From: Anolis carolinensis
Taxonomy: Eukaryota
NCBI RefSeq assembly: GCF_035594765.1
Contig: NW_026943821.1
Location: 14,229,608 to 14,293,607 of the forward strand
Length of the DNA stretch: 64,000 bases
Reading direction: 5' to 3'
The notes below the pieces were generated by a model that did not search any database, was not told the DNA's origin, and worked only from the letters and a program-made list of their open reading frames with translations. Below, piece by piece: positions 11,715-36,349 of the stretch (its first letter is position 1; every line of letters starts with the position of its first letter). The position numbers were made by a program, and so were the translations under genes.

Positions 11715-14700
11715 TCTATTTGAACTCTTTCCCACTGACTAGGTTCTCGCAACCTTTTTTGGCCTTTTCATGTCATCCATTGACTAGGTTCTCACGAACC
11801 TAGTCAATGGATGTCATGAAAGGGCCAAAAAGGTCATGGCCAGCACACTGAATTGTATTCAGAACTGTTGCAACAAGGGACTTGAGTATTCCCTATAGCC
11901 AGCTTCATGCTTATTCTCCCCACCACTCCATGCCTGGCAAAATCAAGAACTGTCCATCACTTAAAATCTTGCATAATTTATACCCTACACAGAATTAAGC
12001 ACAGAGCTTACACAGCCCTGCTAGTGACCTGCTACTTGGGGTCACTGTCAGGGTGAATCCATTTCTCATTTCTTATTTATTCAGTGATTTTTCATCCAAA
12101 AGGAGCATATGCAAAATCAAATCATGATCAGGGTTTTTTTCCCAAGTTCTCTTACTAGTGTTAATGTGCTGGAGGGTATTCATTTCAAATCCTAGAGAGA
12201 CTGGAAAAGACGGAAATTTTGGACAGTTCTCAGAATTCCCCAGCCAGAATAGCCACTAAACGAGGGATTATAGGAACTGTATTTGAAAGTTTTTCAAGAT
12301 CTACTGCTAAACTTACTACCACTCGTTCCCACTTTAGTGCCCAACTAGAGGCAATTACAGATTTGTCTGGCTTTTGCTCCTTGGTTTATCCCAATCTCCT
12401 GGAAACAAATGATTGGTTTAAGTGCTGATTCTACATCAGGAACAAGTCTAGGAAACTTAATTAGCATGGCTGAACTTGGTGAGCTATAACCCACTCACCA
12501 CAAAAACTGCTCCCCAATTACACTCCAAGGGATAAAAGGTACATTTTCAGCATGTTTGGGGGTCTTCCTGAGTCATTTTTCATTAAAAAAATAAACAAAA
12601 ACAAAAGAAAGTCCCTGAAAGTCAATTTTTGTTTTTAACAAGATCCCTCTTGGGCAGATATTGATTCAGAGGCCTCAAAACGTGGCCTGCAAAATATTAT
12701 TTTGTTTGTATTTTCTAGGCCTATGAGTGGGGTCTACGAAGACCCCCAGACATGATGGAAATGCCCAACATGCTCTCTAGATAGCTAAAGATGTGTTGGA
12801 CCTTTTTTAAAAAAATACGGTGGGAGTTGAAGTCCAGACTGGGTGGCTAGTACATACAGGCTATGGACTGTTTTTTGCCCACCCCTGTATACCATTGATT
12901 CGACTTTCCTAATGTGTTCATTTTGAATGATCTTGCCATATAATGATTTTGAATGATTTTAAAAATTTTGAATGATCTTGCCGCACAGAAAATTAGATTT
13001 GGGGAAAACAGTTCTAGCCTGGTTCCTTTTCCAATTTACCAATTTTTGCTCAGACACAGAATTTCATCTCCACTGCGGAAAAGCCGTTCCTTACAGTATT
13101 TTCCCAAAAATAAGTCTTAATTTTTGCTCCAAAAGATGAATCAGGGCTTACTGGGATGTCTTATTTTTTCATGGATCAAGTGCACACGTTATTCACGCGT
13201 TGTCTGTACTCTAATTGATCATTCAGCAATAAGTCTCAAGTTCATCTGTTTACATAGGCATTTACTTCTCGTCCAAAGGAACCCACTTGGGTATTTATTT
13301 GCAAATACTTAAAATAAATAATATAAATTATAATAAAGTATTAATGTCAATATTATTTATTTATAATTATTATTTTATAATTCAATACATCCATTGTGTG
13401 TTGCAACAGATGTACTACCAGTAAATGCATTGGTCTGGATGACAATCTTAACTGGGACTTATTATGGGGGTAGGGCTTATATTATAAGCACCCTAAAAAA
13501 TCATGCGAGGGCTTATTTTCCAGTTAGGTCTTACTTTTGGGAGAATAGGATACCTTTAATCTATAGTGGTACAATCGAAGTAGAGTTTTACCATCTCCTA
13601 CCTCACCTGCTGGCTTTGTGAACTATGCCTTTACCATGGTAACAGGTAGTAATGAAGTATTTTAGGAGAACTATGCCAGTCTCGAGTTATGATTATTTAA
13701 GGACAGTGTCGAGTAGCACCTCTGAGACTACTTTTAATATAGCATAAATTTACAGATTGTGACCTCCTCCTTCATATGCCTGAACTGCTGGCAGCAAGCA
13801 ATAGAAGGCAGCTCGCAGAATGTTCTTTAATACACATTTCTTTACAGAGGTGTTGACAGAGTGGGAAACAGAGCCCCACATGAGCTACCCCTGTGAAGGC
13901 CCAATAAGAACCTCATATCGGGCCGAAATGTCAATTGCCTGAATCCCGAAGCAATTTAACAGAGAAAAGTTAGCCTCCAACTATGATTTGCAAAAGGAGA
14001 TGAGCTGTTCAGGACACTTCTTCTACAAAGCATGGCCCATTAAAGCAAAATATACCACTCCAGATGCCCAGGGCAAACCATTTACCGCAGGAGGAGTGAA
14101 GCAATTAATTGGGAATGCAAAGAAACAGCAGCAACATGACACTTGCTCGAAGCACCTCCAAAGATCACACGACATTTATTGCAAACCGACCCATCATTAG
14201 TACAGAAAATAGAATTAAATTCTCATTCAGCTGTCTTCGGCGGGCAGCTGGGCTGGAAGGCAGCATGGTTACAATCCCAGGAGGACTGATCAGTTCTCAA
14301 AGAGGCAGGAAGATGGGCCCCTTAGGGCCAAAGCTCCCTCAACAGCAGCAGACCAGCAGCAGCTCCAAGGAAGGCTGAAAGGTAAAAAGAATGGGTCTTT
14401 TATGCCTCTTATATGCACCAGGCAAAGGAATGACAGGCATAGGTTCTACTGTCACTGATTCACAAGGACATTAGATAGTAAGCCAATGATTATAGGTATT
14501 TTATAATAAAAAGCAATGCTATACATTTCGAACGTGGATTAGTAACATTTTGAGTTCAGTCCCAGTTCAGGGTTATTAGAGCTAATAACATTCTGGTTTG
14601 GTTCAGACACTGTATTTTTTAAAACCATCTTAAATATATTTTAAACAGGCTAAAATCGTGATCTCATAATTGCACGGTAAACTGCTAAAGAAGATTTCTA

Positions 14701-15182
14701 CCAATAGTTAACATAAAATATAGTCTTTTAAAAATGATGCTTGCACATAACAACCTCCAAAATTCTTGTCAGTAGCCAAACAGAGTTGACAAGATCAAAT
14801 GTATTTCTACTTTCGGGTATTCTTTCAACATGAGCAGCAAAGCAGTCATGCTTTTTGCTTTACACATAGACATAGTATTATATATTGTATTCATTCTGTC
14901 TGAATACCAGACACAGACTGTAGTTCAACATATTCACTCATTTGTACATGAATAATTTGTCCCTTGTAAGAAAGGCAGCAATTATAATGTCATTACATGT
15001 ATCTTTGGTTCTGTCCCATCCTGTAAATTTATTCTTATACAATGCAAAAAGTGGGAATGATCCCAATATATACACAAATACAATGCATTTAGCATATCTC
15101 AGAATTTATTATTAAGGCAACCAGACTACATAATGCAACAGACTTAACACACATGTCCTCCTTACCAAAATGTCATGAGGGC

Positions 15183-28509
<13,327 letters not shown>

Positions 28510-28900
28510 CTTGCCTCTCTCTCATTCACCTTCTCCCCTCGGCGAACAGCTCATCTCCCCGCCCACTACACAAGCTCAGCCAATAGAAAGAGAATACACA
28601 GCGGAACGGGCGGGGCGACGTCCTTCGATTTGAGCGTGTGCTTTCCCTCAGCACCCAATCACGAGCCGGGCTCGTATTTCGTTTCAGCCAATCGCTCAAC
28701 TCGAGAGAAAAGGTGGTGTTGAGTTGCTTGATTGACGTGTCGCCTTAGCCACTCCTCGCACCGCAAGCAGACTGAAACGGGAGAGAAGGGGCGGGGGACA
28801 AAATATGCAAAACGTCAATCAAATATTCAGCACCCTGACGACACGCCCCCTCCCGAAAGGAGCCAATAGGAGCTCAGAAGCTTCTCCTCCTCTTCCTGCC
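28510..28900. promoter_or_regulatory. ETFB CpG-rich, TATA-less promoter
   Basis: Local CpG enrichment immediately upstream of the ATG; CCAAT boxes at 28580, 28655, 28688 and 28863; GC boxes at 28608-28616 and about 28789-28797. Confidence 0.85.
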
Positions 28901-29029
28901 TGCAACGAGGAATGCCAGGAATGTAGGTGAAAGGGTAAGAAGCGTGACACGTGTGTGCCTCTCCAGACGTTAAGAAGCGTGCAAATAGGTCAGTTGAAAA
29001 GTTAACACGAAAATAATAATTATTATTGT

Positions 29030-29453
29030 TTCATGTCTGGATTTCCTCTATTTTCAGAAGGAGGAAACCATGAAAATGAAAAAAAATCTGGCTACCAGTG
29101 TTAAAAAACCCCTCTAAAATCGGGACAGTAAATAAGGAACAACACTCTGAAAACAGGAGAATTCCAGACACGAAACAACCAGGGCCAGCTAACGCCTCCC
29201 AAGAAAGGATTCCCCCAGGCAGGAAGCAGCCAGACTTTGAAGCTGAAAGGCCTTAAATGCTAATCAAGTTGGCCTCGAATAGACAAGAGTTTTTTCTCCT
29301 ACCCTGGACTTTCCACAGATCTATAAACCTCACTTGCTTAGTTTCCAACAGACCTCACACCTCTGAGGATGCCTGCCATAGATGTGGGCAAAACATCAGG
29401 AGACAATGCTTCTGGAACATGGCCATACAGCCCGGAAAACTCACAGCAACCCA
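29030..29453 (+). mobile_element. Penelope-like element 3'/pLTR fragment with a degenerate hammerhead motif
   Basis: Ends CCTCTGAGGATGCCTGCCATAGATGTGGGCAAAACATCAGG...GGAACATGGCCATACAGCCCGG; shared with copies at 30139, 33721 and 47745. Confidence 0.75.
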
Positions 29454-30138
29454 GGTTCTTATTTTATTTACCAACCAGCACAACTTCAATCCATATCAGG
29501 TTCTTCTTTTTGTTGACAAGGCCTGAATCTGCAGTCCCTTCTACACTGCCATATAATCTGGATTATCAAAGATAAACCACATCTACTTTAAACTGGATTA
29601 TATGAGTCTACACTGTTATATAATCTAGTTCAACGTAGATAATCTAGGCAGTGTAGAAGGGGCCCACTCTCCCCTATATCCCAGGATCTGATCCCAGATT
29701 ATCTGCTTTGAAGTGGATCATATAAGGTCATTTTCTACGCCTCCTTCTTCACTGCCATATAAAATCTTGTTTTTCTGCTTTGAACTGGTTTATATCAGTC
29801 TACACTGCCATATAATCCAGTTCAAAGCAGATAATATGGATTGTATATGGTAGTGTAGATCCAACCATAGTCTTCAAGCAGCACAAAAAATTACTGAGGT
29901 GAAAGCTAGTTCATATCTGAACATATATCTGAAGTTTGTGTTTTTTCACTTCCATGAGAGTCGCGTGCCCCTAGCCCCTGTGAATGTGGAGAGTTAACTG
30001 TTGCGTAACAGCATTTTAAATTATTTTAATTTTAAGCATTTCTAACAAGGGAATAGTCTGCTTTGTGGTCCAAAACATCTGAAGAATGTGAGGGCTGGAA
30101 AAGTTTCATTGGAGATAATAATAATAATAATTATAATT

Positions 30139-30345
30139 TTGTCGAAGGCTTTCATGGCCAGGATCACAGGGTTGTTGTGTGTCTTTCGGGCTGTGTGGCC
30201 ATGTTCCAGAAGCATTCTCTCCTGACGTTTCGCCCACATCTATGGCAGGCATCCTCAGAGGATGCCTGCCATAGATGTGGGCGAAACGTCAGGAGAGAAT
30301 GCTTCTGGAACATGGCCACACAGCCCGAAAGACACACAATAACCC
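30139..30345. mobile_element. Penelope-like terminal fragment in fold-back (palindromic) arrangement
   Basis: 88-bp inverted arms around 30257; 13-bp TSD AATAATTATAATT (30126-30138 and 30346-30358). Confidence 0.85.
30221..30261 (-). ncRNA. Minimal type I hammerhead ribozyme motif (Penelope type)
   Basis: Minus strand reads CCU-CUGAGGA-U-GCCUGC-CAUAGAU-GUGGGC-GAAA-CG-UC/AGG: CUGANGA and GAAA cores, stem II, 3-bp stem I, palindromic ACGU in place of stem III. Confidence 0.7.
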
Positions 30346-30968
30346 AATAATTATAATTATTATACACTATTATAATGGTATATTTATATTACATGTAACA
30401 TTACTAATAATATTACAATATAGTGTTATAGTGCAATATAGTAATATATAATTCTTATATTGTGCTAAACGAATAATATATTGTATGTACATATAACTTG
30501 TAAGCCGCCCTGAGTCCCCATCGGGGTGAGAAGTGCAGGATATAAATGTCACTAATAAATAATAAATAAATAACTATGAGTGAATCCATAAGAACGAAAG
30601 AGCACATGCTGAGCATGCTAAAGGGATTTATTTAGGGGGCAACAAACATCATACCAAACATTGAGGGAAAGTTCAGGTGGGTAGCACACTGCCTCGCTCA
30701 ACAAGAACACTTCTTGCTTTCCAGGGCAGGATTAACTTCTTCTTAACCGTTCAGGCTGGAGCAAGCTGAATGTGTCACCCAACATGGGGACGTATGCTTA
30801 TCTTCAAGCCTGGATTAATGTTTGAAGTTTGTATCAACCCAAAGTAAAACACTATGTCAAAGCTGAGTGTGTTTTCTCCTAATTCCCCAAAACGTCCTTT
30901 GGGCATTAGGTGGGCACAGGCCCACCCAGCAGTTTTTGTCACTTCTTGTACATGGATTTATTCCTGAG

Positions 30969-31135
30969 TCATGCAGATGTGTCAGATTCTGGCAGTCTTT
31001 TTCTCTTCTGCTGGGCTTCTTCAGAAGCAGCCCTAGCCACGCAGTCCTCTTGCAGCGTAAAGACCACTGTGGTCCCAAGAAGGGTTTGGGCCAATTCCTC
31101 CTCTTCCCAATTCCTTGCCACAAAGTGGCAAACAC
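30969..31135 (-). CDS. CLDND2-like last coding exon (167 nt)
   Basis: TAG|.VCHFVARNWEEEELAQTLL...KRKRLPESDTSA*; phase consistent with exon 3. Confidence 0.75.
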
Positions 31136-34010
31136 CTACAAGACAAAGTAAGTTTAATCCAGTAGCTTGCTGAGAATCCTAGCCAAATAAACTACCTTTG
31201 GAAATACACTGCCCATCACGTTCAATGCTAGCTGGGGAACCTGGAGAGCTGTGGCATCCAAAAATTACTTTCCCAAGATCTGCTGTTCCTATTAGCGACC
31301 CATCTCTGCTAAAACTTCCTCTAGTACAGTGGTTCTCAACCTGTGGTCCCCAGATGTTTTGACCTTCAACTCCCAGAAATCCTAACAGCTGGTATACTGG
31401 CTGGGATTTCTGGGAGTTGAAGGCAAAAACACCCGAGGTCCCCCAGGTAGAGAACCACTGCTCTAGTATTTCTCTGGGTATCTGACCCCCTTTTGAATTG
31501 AGGAACCCAAAAATATGGGAAAGGTGGCAACCTTCTTCATTGTTCTGCCATGCTCACTTGGTACATATGCATTACTGTCTTTCAAATACCAGGAATTTTT
31601 TTTCCATTTTCCCAGAATTTTAGAGTGTGGTTAAATTTACACTTCAATGTTATTAAGTGTTTGGTAAAGATGGTTGTGGTGGAGCTTTGTAATGCTATTC
31701 CCACTCAGCCCTTGTTCAGTGAGCCAATCATAGGTTCATTCACCAATATCTAGTAGGCCACAACTAGTTAATTTTAAGCATCAAAATCTAAACCCAGGAG
31801 AAGCTCTCTGGGAATCCTAATACAGGTCCTGTTTATTTCCAGGCTTGCACTCTCGGGCCCCTTCTACACTACTGTGTAATCCAGATTATCAAAGCAGATA
31901 ACCCACATATTTTTGCACATTGCATCTCATACCTGCAAATAAAACTATGATAACAGAGAACCATCCTGGCGCCAAGGACCATGAAAGGAATGTGTTGGGC
32001 TCCTCAGTAGATAACCTCATGAAATTGAACAGGCCTATCCCTCCTGTGAAGCCTGAACAAGAGTAAATGAGAGAACAAAGTCAAAGCAGAAGATCAAGGG
32101 AGAGGCTGGATCTACACTGCCATATAATCCAGTTAATCCACATTCTGAAACTGGATTATATATGTAGATTGAGCCAGAAGGACCATTATGAAGAAGTCAG
32201 AAAGCTGGTACCTCTTGTTTACATAACAGTGATCTCCATCTTTCCCCATTTCCCTGTAGTTTTGGCATAATACCCAACTTTTCCAGAGGTGCAACAGCAG
32301 TGCAAACCAATAACAATGTACATGTCTCTGTTCAGAGCCAGGATTCAAACTCATAGAAACCTTCTACCAGCTTTACCACTGGTCATACTGGATGGAGGAT
32401 TGTGAGAGCTGTAGTTCAAAACAGAGACGTTTCCAAACTGATTCAAGTGAGACTTGAACAAAAAGTTGCCAGGCAGGTGGTGCTGGTGTTAGGATACAAT
32501 CTTGTTTAGTAAGGACTCATCCAAGATGGGACCATGAAGATACCCACTCATTCAGATTACTCCTGTTGAAATGGGGATTTTCAGGCCATTGAGATCCTAT
32601 TTAATTTTTTTATTTCATGTCAAAAGCATTGCACAAATAGATAAGTTTAAAACTGATAAAACAACAGGATCACATGCTGCTAGATAGTTTTAGACCAAAA
32701 TGGGCAACAGTGACCACATCCTTTGTAGCTTCCTCTGTGCATGAAGCAGGGCATTGTGCTTGGTGTTCGCACTGTGTTTCCTAAATGTTCGCATTTGGTC
32801 TAAGGTGATGCCGAGATTTTTAGGGTGGGAACAGTGTTCAAGCTCTTGGCCTTCCCAGGTAACCTTCAGTTTCCTCTTGGCTTCATGATTACATAGGTGG
32901 AAACCTAATCCTATTTAACAAGCCAATGCAATTGTTATGAACAGCAATCGAGTTTTTACAAACTGCATTTCTGAAAACCTGTTCCACTAAAGTACAGTAT
33001 TTGCTTTTATTATTTTGTAAAACAAAACACCTTCTTTTGAAGCTGATCTAAAGCTAGGAAGACAATATTACTTGGAGAAACTTTGGGAAACAGTTGCAGG
33101 GACAAATAGGAAGATGATTCCACTTACCAGACACAAAACATAGAGTGATGGTCAGGGTGGTCCATTTTATTTTCTTTGACGGTGGCAAAGCTGTGAGGCA
33201 CAGTGTTCCAAAGATCACAGACCCATAGCAAGTTACCGCAGAGATCAGCATGAATAATATAGAGATGACAATATAGTCTGGAAGGAAGAAGAGGAAACAA
33301 CCTGTGAACTTGGTTGTTGCATCTCTTTGTGGGCAATGAGTGGGCCTTGAGCCCAATATAATTCCATGTGTTTGCTATTATAGTTTGCCTTCAAGTCATT
33401 TCAGAGTCATGGCAACCCTAAGGTGACCCTATCATAGGGTTTTCTTGGCATGATTTATTCAGGGAAAGTGTCCCTTGCATTTTTCTGAATGTTAGAAAAT
33501 GCCAGCATTTTCTCCTTTCCCCCCTTTTTCCTTCTATTTGTTTCTCATAATTTTATATTTATTTTTCCCCATAATTTGTTCTCCGTATTCCTTGAATTGT
33601 GATATGCTAAAAGTCTCCTTAAGACATGGGGGTTTAATAGATTTTTTTAGTGAAAATATGTGTTGTGAAAAGGATTACTTTAGAACTAGTGTGCTTAAAA
33701 GCACTAACCAGTATGACTGTGTTGTCGAAGGCTTTCATGGCTGGGATCACAGGGTTGTTGCATATTTTCCGGGCAGTATGGCCATGTTCCAGAAGTATTC
33801 TCTCCTGATGTTTTGCCCACATCTATGGCAGGCATCCTCAGAGGTTGTGAGGTATATGGAGAAACTAAACAAGGAAGGTATGACTATGCTGCTAGCAAAC
33901 ATCAGAGGCTACTTTTGAAAGGCTGTATCATTTCCTGAAATGTTAGATGTTGGCCACGAGATGGAGCAAAAGACTCATCCAGAACTCAGCCAGATTATAA
34001 AATTAGTTAT

Positions 34011-34046
<36 letters not shown>

Positions 34047-36349
34047 AATGAAGCCCAAAGGCCAGATAAAGGGATGTGTTTTTGTGTGTGTGTGAAAACA
34101 CTGCCATATAATCTAGATTATCAAAAAAGACAATCCACATTATCTGCTTTTAACTGGATTATATGAGTCTACAGTGCCATATAATTCATTTCAAAGCAGA
34201 TAATCTGGATTTTATACAGCAGAGTAGAAGGAGCATAGGCTTTTAACAGCTATTCTCACAGGCTTTACATTTGTGCTCATCAATCCTCTTTGCATTTCAA
34301 TCATATACATGCAATGAACATACCCTTCGGGTTTTCAGAGATGAAAATTGAGATACAAGTGTGTGGCCAAGATGGAAACTGTTTTTGATGTGGAAGAACA
34401 GATGAGCTAGAAGAAGCTGCAGCAGTTTGTTTTTGCCTGAAGCTTTTGAAAAGGATGAGATTCCACCCTCTCCCTTCTGTGTGAATCAAAATTGAATGCA
34501 AACTACTTTTTCACTGTGAACTCAGTTTGCATCAACAGCAATAAACTGAAGGTGAAGACAGAGGGCCCTTCTACAATACCAGATAATCCAGGTTATCAAA
34601 GCAGAAAATCCACATTATCTGAATCGAACTGGATTATTTTAGTCTACACTGCCATACAATGCAGTTCAAAGAAGATAATGTGGATTATATATAGCTGTGT
34701 AGGGGCTCTTCTAGGCAGTTCCTATTTTCCATGCATACTAGCAAAAAATTGAGTGCTATCTCAGGACCCTTCTACACATGCTGTAAAACCTGGAAGTAAT
34801 TGGGTTGAAAGCAGGGAAGTGGCTAAATGACGTTTAGCCAAATTGCTGGAGAGATCAGGTTAAGAGCTAAAAAGCACGTATTAAAAAGGTGTGCTTATAA
34901 CCCGATTCCAGCTGCAAAATGTGCATCCCTGCAATCATGCAAAATGTGTGTTTTCCTTCCCTCCTCCCTGTGTAGACTGCTCCAGTGCATGTGCGCTTTT
35001 TAAAAGTTTGAAAATCCGATCAGCTGATCGGGCTGTCAATAGACATGCAGGTGGTTCAAAGGAAGCCCAAATGCAAAGCAATTAGAACTCTCTGAAACTC
35101 TTTTACAGTTTATATATTAAATAGAGATTGAATGAACAATTAAGGGAAAAAAGAGATCTGACAGAAGTTTTTTAAAAATAATTCCCTCCATTATGTACTG
35201 CACTTCATATGCGCACATGCAAATTTGCTTATATTTATATTAAGATATTTGCATGTGCACTTATGAGGTTCAGCACATAATGGAGGGAATTTTTTAAAAA
35301 CTTCTGCTGGATGTCCCCATCTTGATCTGCTTCAAAAGAAGACTGTGAGGACAGTGGGGGGTCATATCCCGAGACTGACAGGTCTGTGTGTCGACCTGCC
35401 GTCACATCCCGGGATTTTTAAACCTATTTTTAAAATGTGGATTTTGGCGCTGTCTGGAAGTGCCCTTAATTCTCTATCATGCCTGATATGATATGAACCT
35501 ATTTAGGCTCTGTAATTCTTCAGGGGGTGGCTTTCTTGGCTATAGCAATTTTGCAAATCTGTTTTATGGGAAAGGGAGGAAAGAGACATTTAGAACTCAA
35601 TCCCTAATGAAGCCAGAATGGCTACCTCCTCGCTGTCTTTCCATCAGCAAGTGCTGAGTGCTGGGTCTTTTTTGCAGTATGTGGTTTTGCTGATCTTAAA
35701 GAATATTTTACTCTTTTAACTCTATGTGGTTTAATATTTGTAAGTCTCTTTGAGTTCCAGTATTTGGGGAAAAGATAAAAATAATCTCAATTCTGATCCA
35801 GAGACAAGCACAGAGATCTGCAGATTTATTAGTGACATCCCATTCTTTAGCCAATAGGGTCCTAGCACAACAAGCTTTTCTTCCAATTCAGATTGCACAA
35901 CTGCAGAACCACCTTTTCCACCAATATTTACCCCAGGTCCCACCCCAAAAACTAGAGCACCATCAGGCTGCATCTTTTTCGACTAACTCTTAAAACTTGT
36001 CAGAACAATATCTGGATCTTTTACAGTGACTTCTTTTTTTGAATGTTCAGAGAATTTCATGATTCTTACATGGCATTTTGACCAGAGCGGTACATTTTCC
36101 CAGCTGGCAGTCCTTCCACAGCCCCCGGAACACAAAAATCCCTCGGACGAATCGTTTGACCCAGTATTCTGTGCTGATTGCTATCATCACCAGACAAGTT
36201 GCCAGGCAAGAGAGCACGATGCCACCCAAACGGAGCTTCCTAATAGTTTTTAGGTTCTTGACCCACACAACTGGTTGCCAATTAGAAATAAGATCAATGC
36301 AGTGGTTCACAGCATTGGCGCAAGCAAGGCAGTTAAAACGACCAACCAT
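30969..36349 (-). CDS. Claudin/PMP22-family four-transmembrane protein, CLDND2-like: 36349-36070, 33277-33128, 32052-31933, 31135-30969 (717 nt, 238 aa; start codon uncertain)
   Basis: TM1 followed by STEYW...GLWKDCQLGKC (W-GLW-C-C signature), YIVISILFML (TM2), FLSWSLAPGWFSVII (TM4). Three phase-1 GT-AG introns at the same positions as in the neighbouring NKG7. Lies between ETFB and NKG7. Confidence 0.85.
31327..31460. mobile_element. hAT (Charlie-like) palindromic MITE; relatives at about 26046-26180 and 62051-62160
   Basis: TIRs CAGTGGTTCTC / GAGAACCACTG and an exact 8-bp TSD CTCTAGTA. Confidence 0.88.
31933..32052 (-). CDS. CLDND2-like coding exon 3 (120 nt)
   Basis: CAG|.FTGGIGLFNFMRLSTEEPNTFLSWSLAPGWFSVIIVLFAG|GTATGA, translated by hand. 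Confidence 0.85.
32605..32905 (-). mobile_element. Vingi/Ingi-type LINE fragment, internally deleted
   Basis: FHLCNHEAKRKLKVTWEGQELEHCSHPKNLGITLD followed by a short A-rich tail. Confidence 0.65.
33128..33277 (-). CDS. CLDND2-like coding exon 2 (150 nt)
   Basis: CAG|..YIVISILFMLISAVTCYGSVIFG...LCFVSG|GTAAGT. Confidence 0.88.
33721..33880 (-). mobile_element. Penelope-like terminal fragment, hammerhead core CpG-decayed
   Basis: Same sequence as 30139-30261 with GCGAAACGTC changed to GCAAAACATC. Confidence 0.78.
36070..36349 (-). CDS. CLDND2-like coding exon 1
   Basis: MVGRFNCLAC...GLWKDCQLGKCTALVKMP, donor T|GTAAGA. Confidence 0.82.

Noticed and set aside
11492-11752. ORFs made of X residues
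   Set aside because: Artefact of the N gap.
31075-31110. Acidic dileucine sorting signal EEEELAQTLL in the CLDND2-like tail
   Set aside because: Spacing is one residue off the [DE]xxxL[LI] consensus.
34012-34045. Poly-G run as a functional G-quadruplex
   Set aside because: Simple homopolymer of unreliable length with no supporting context.
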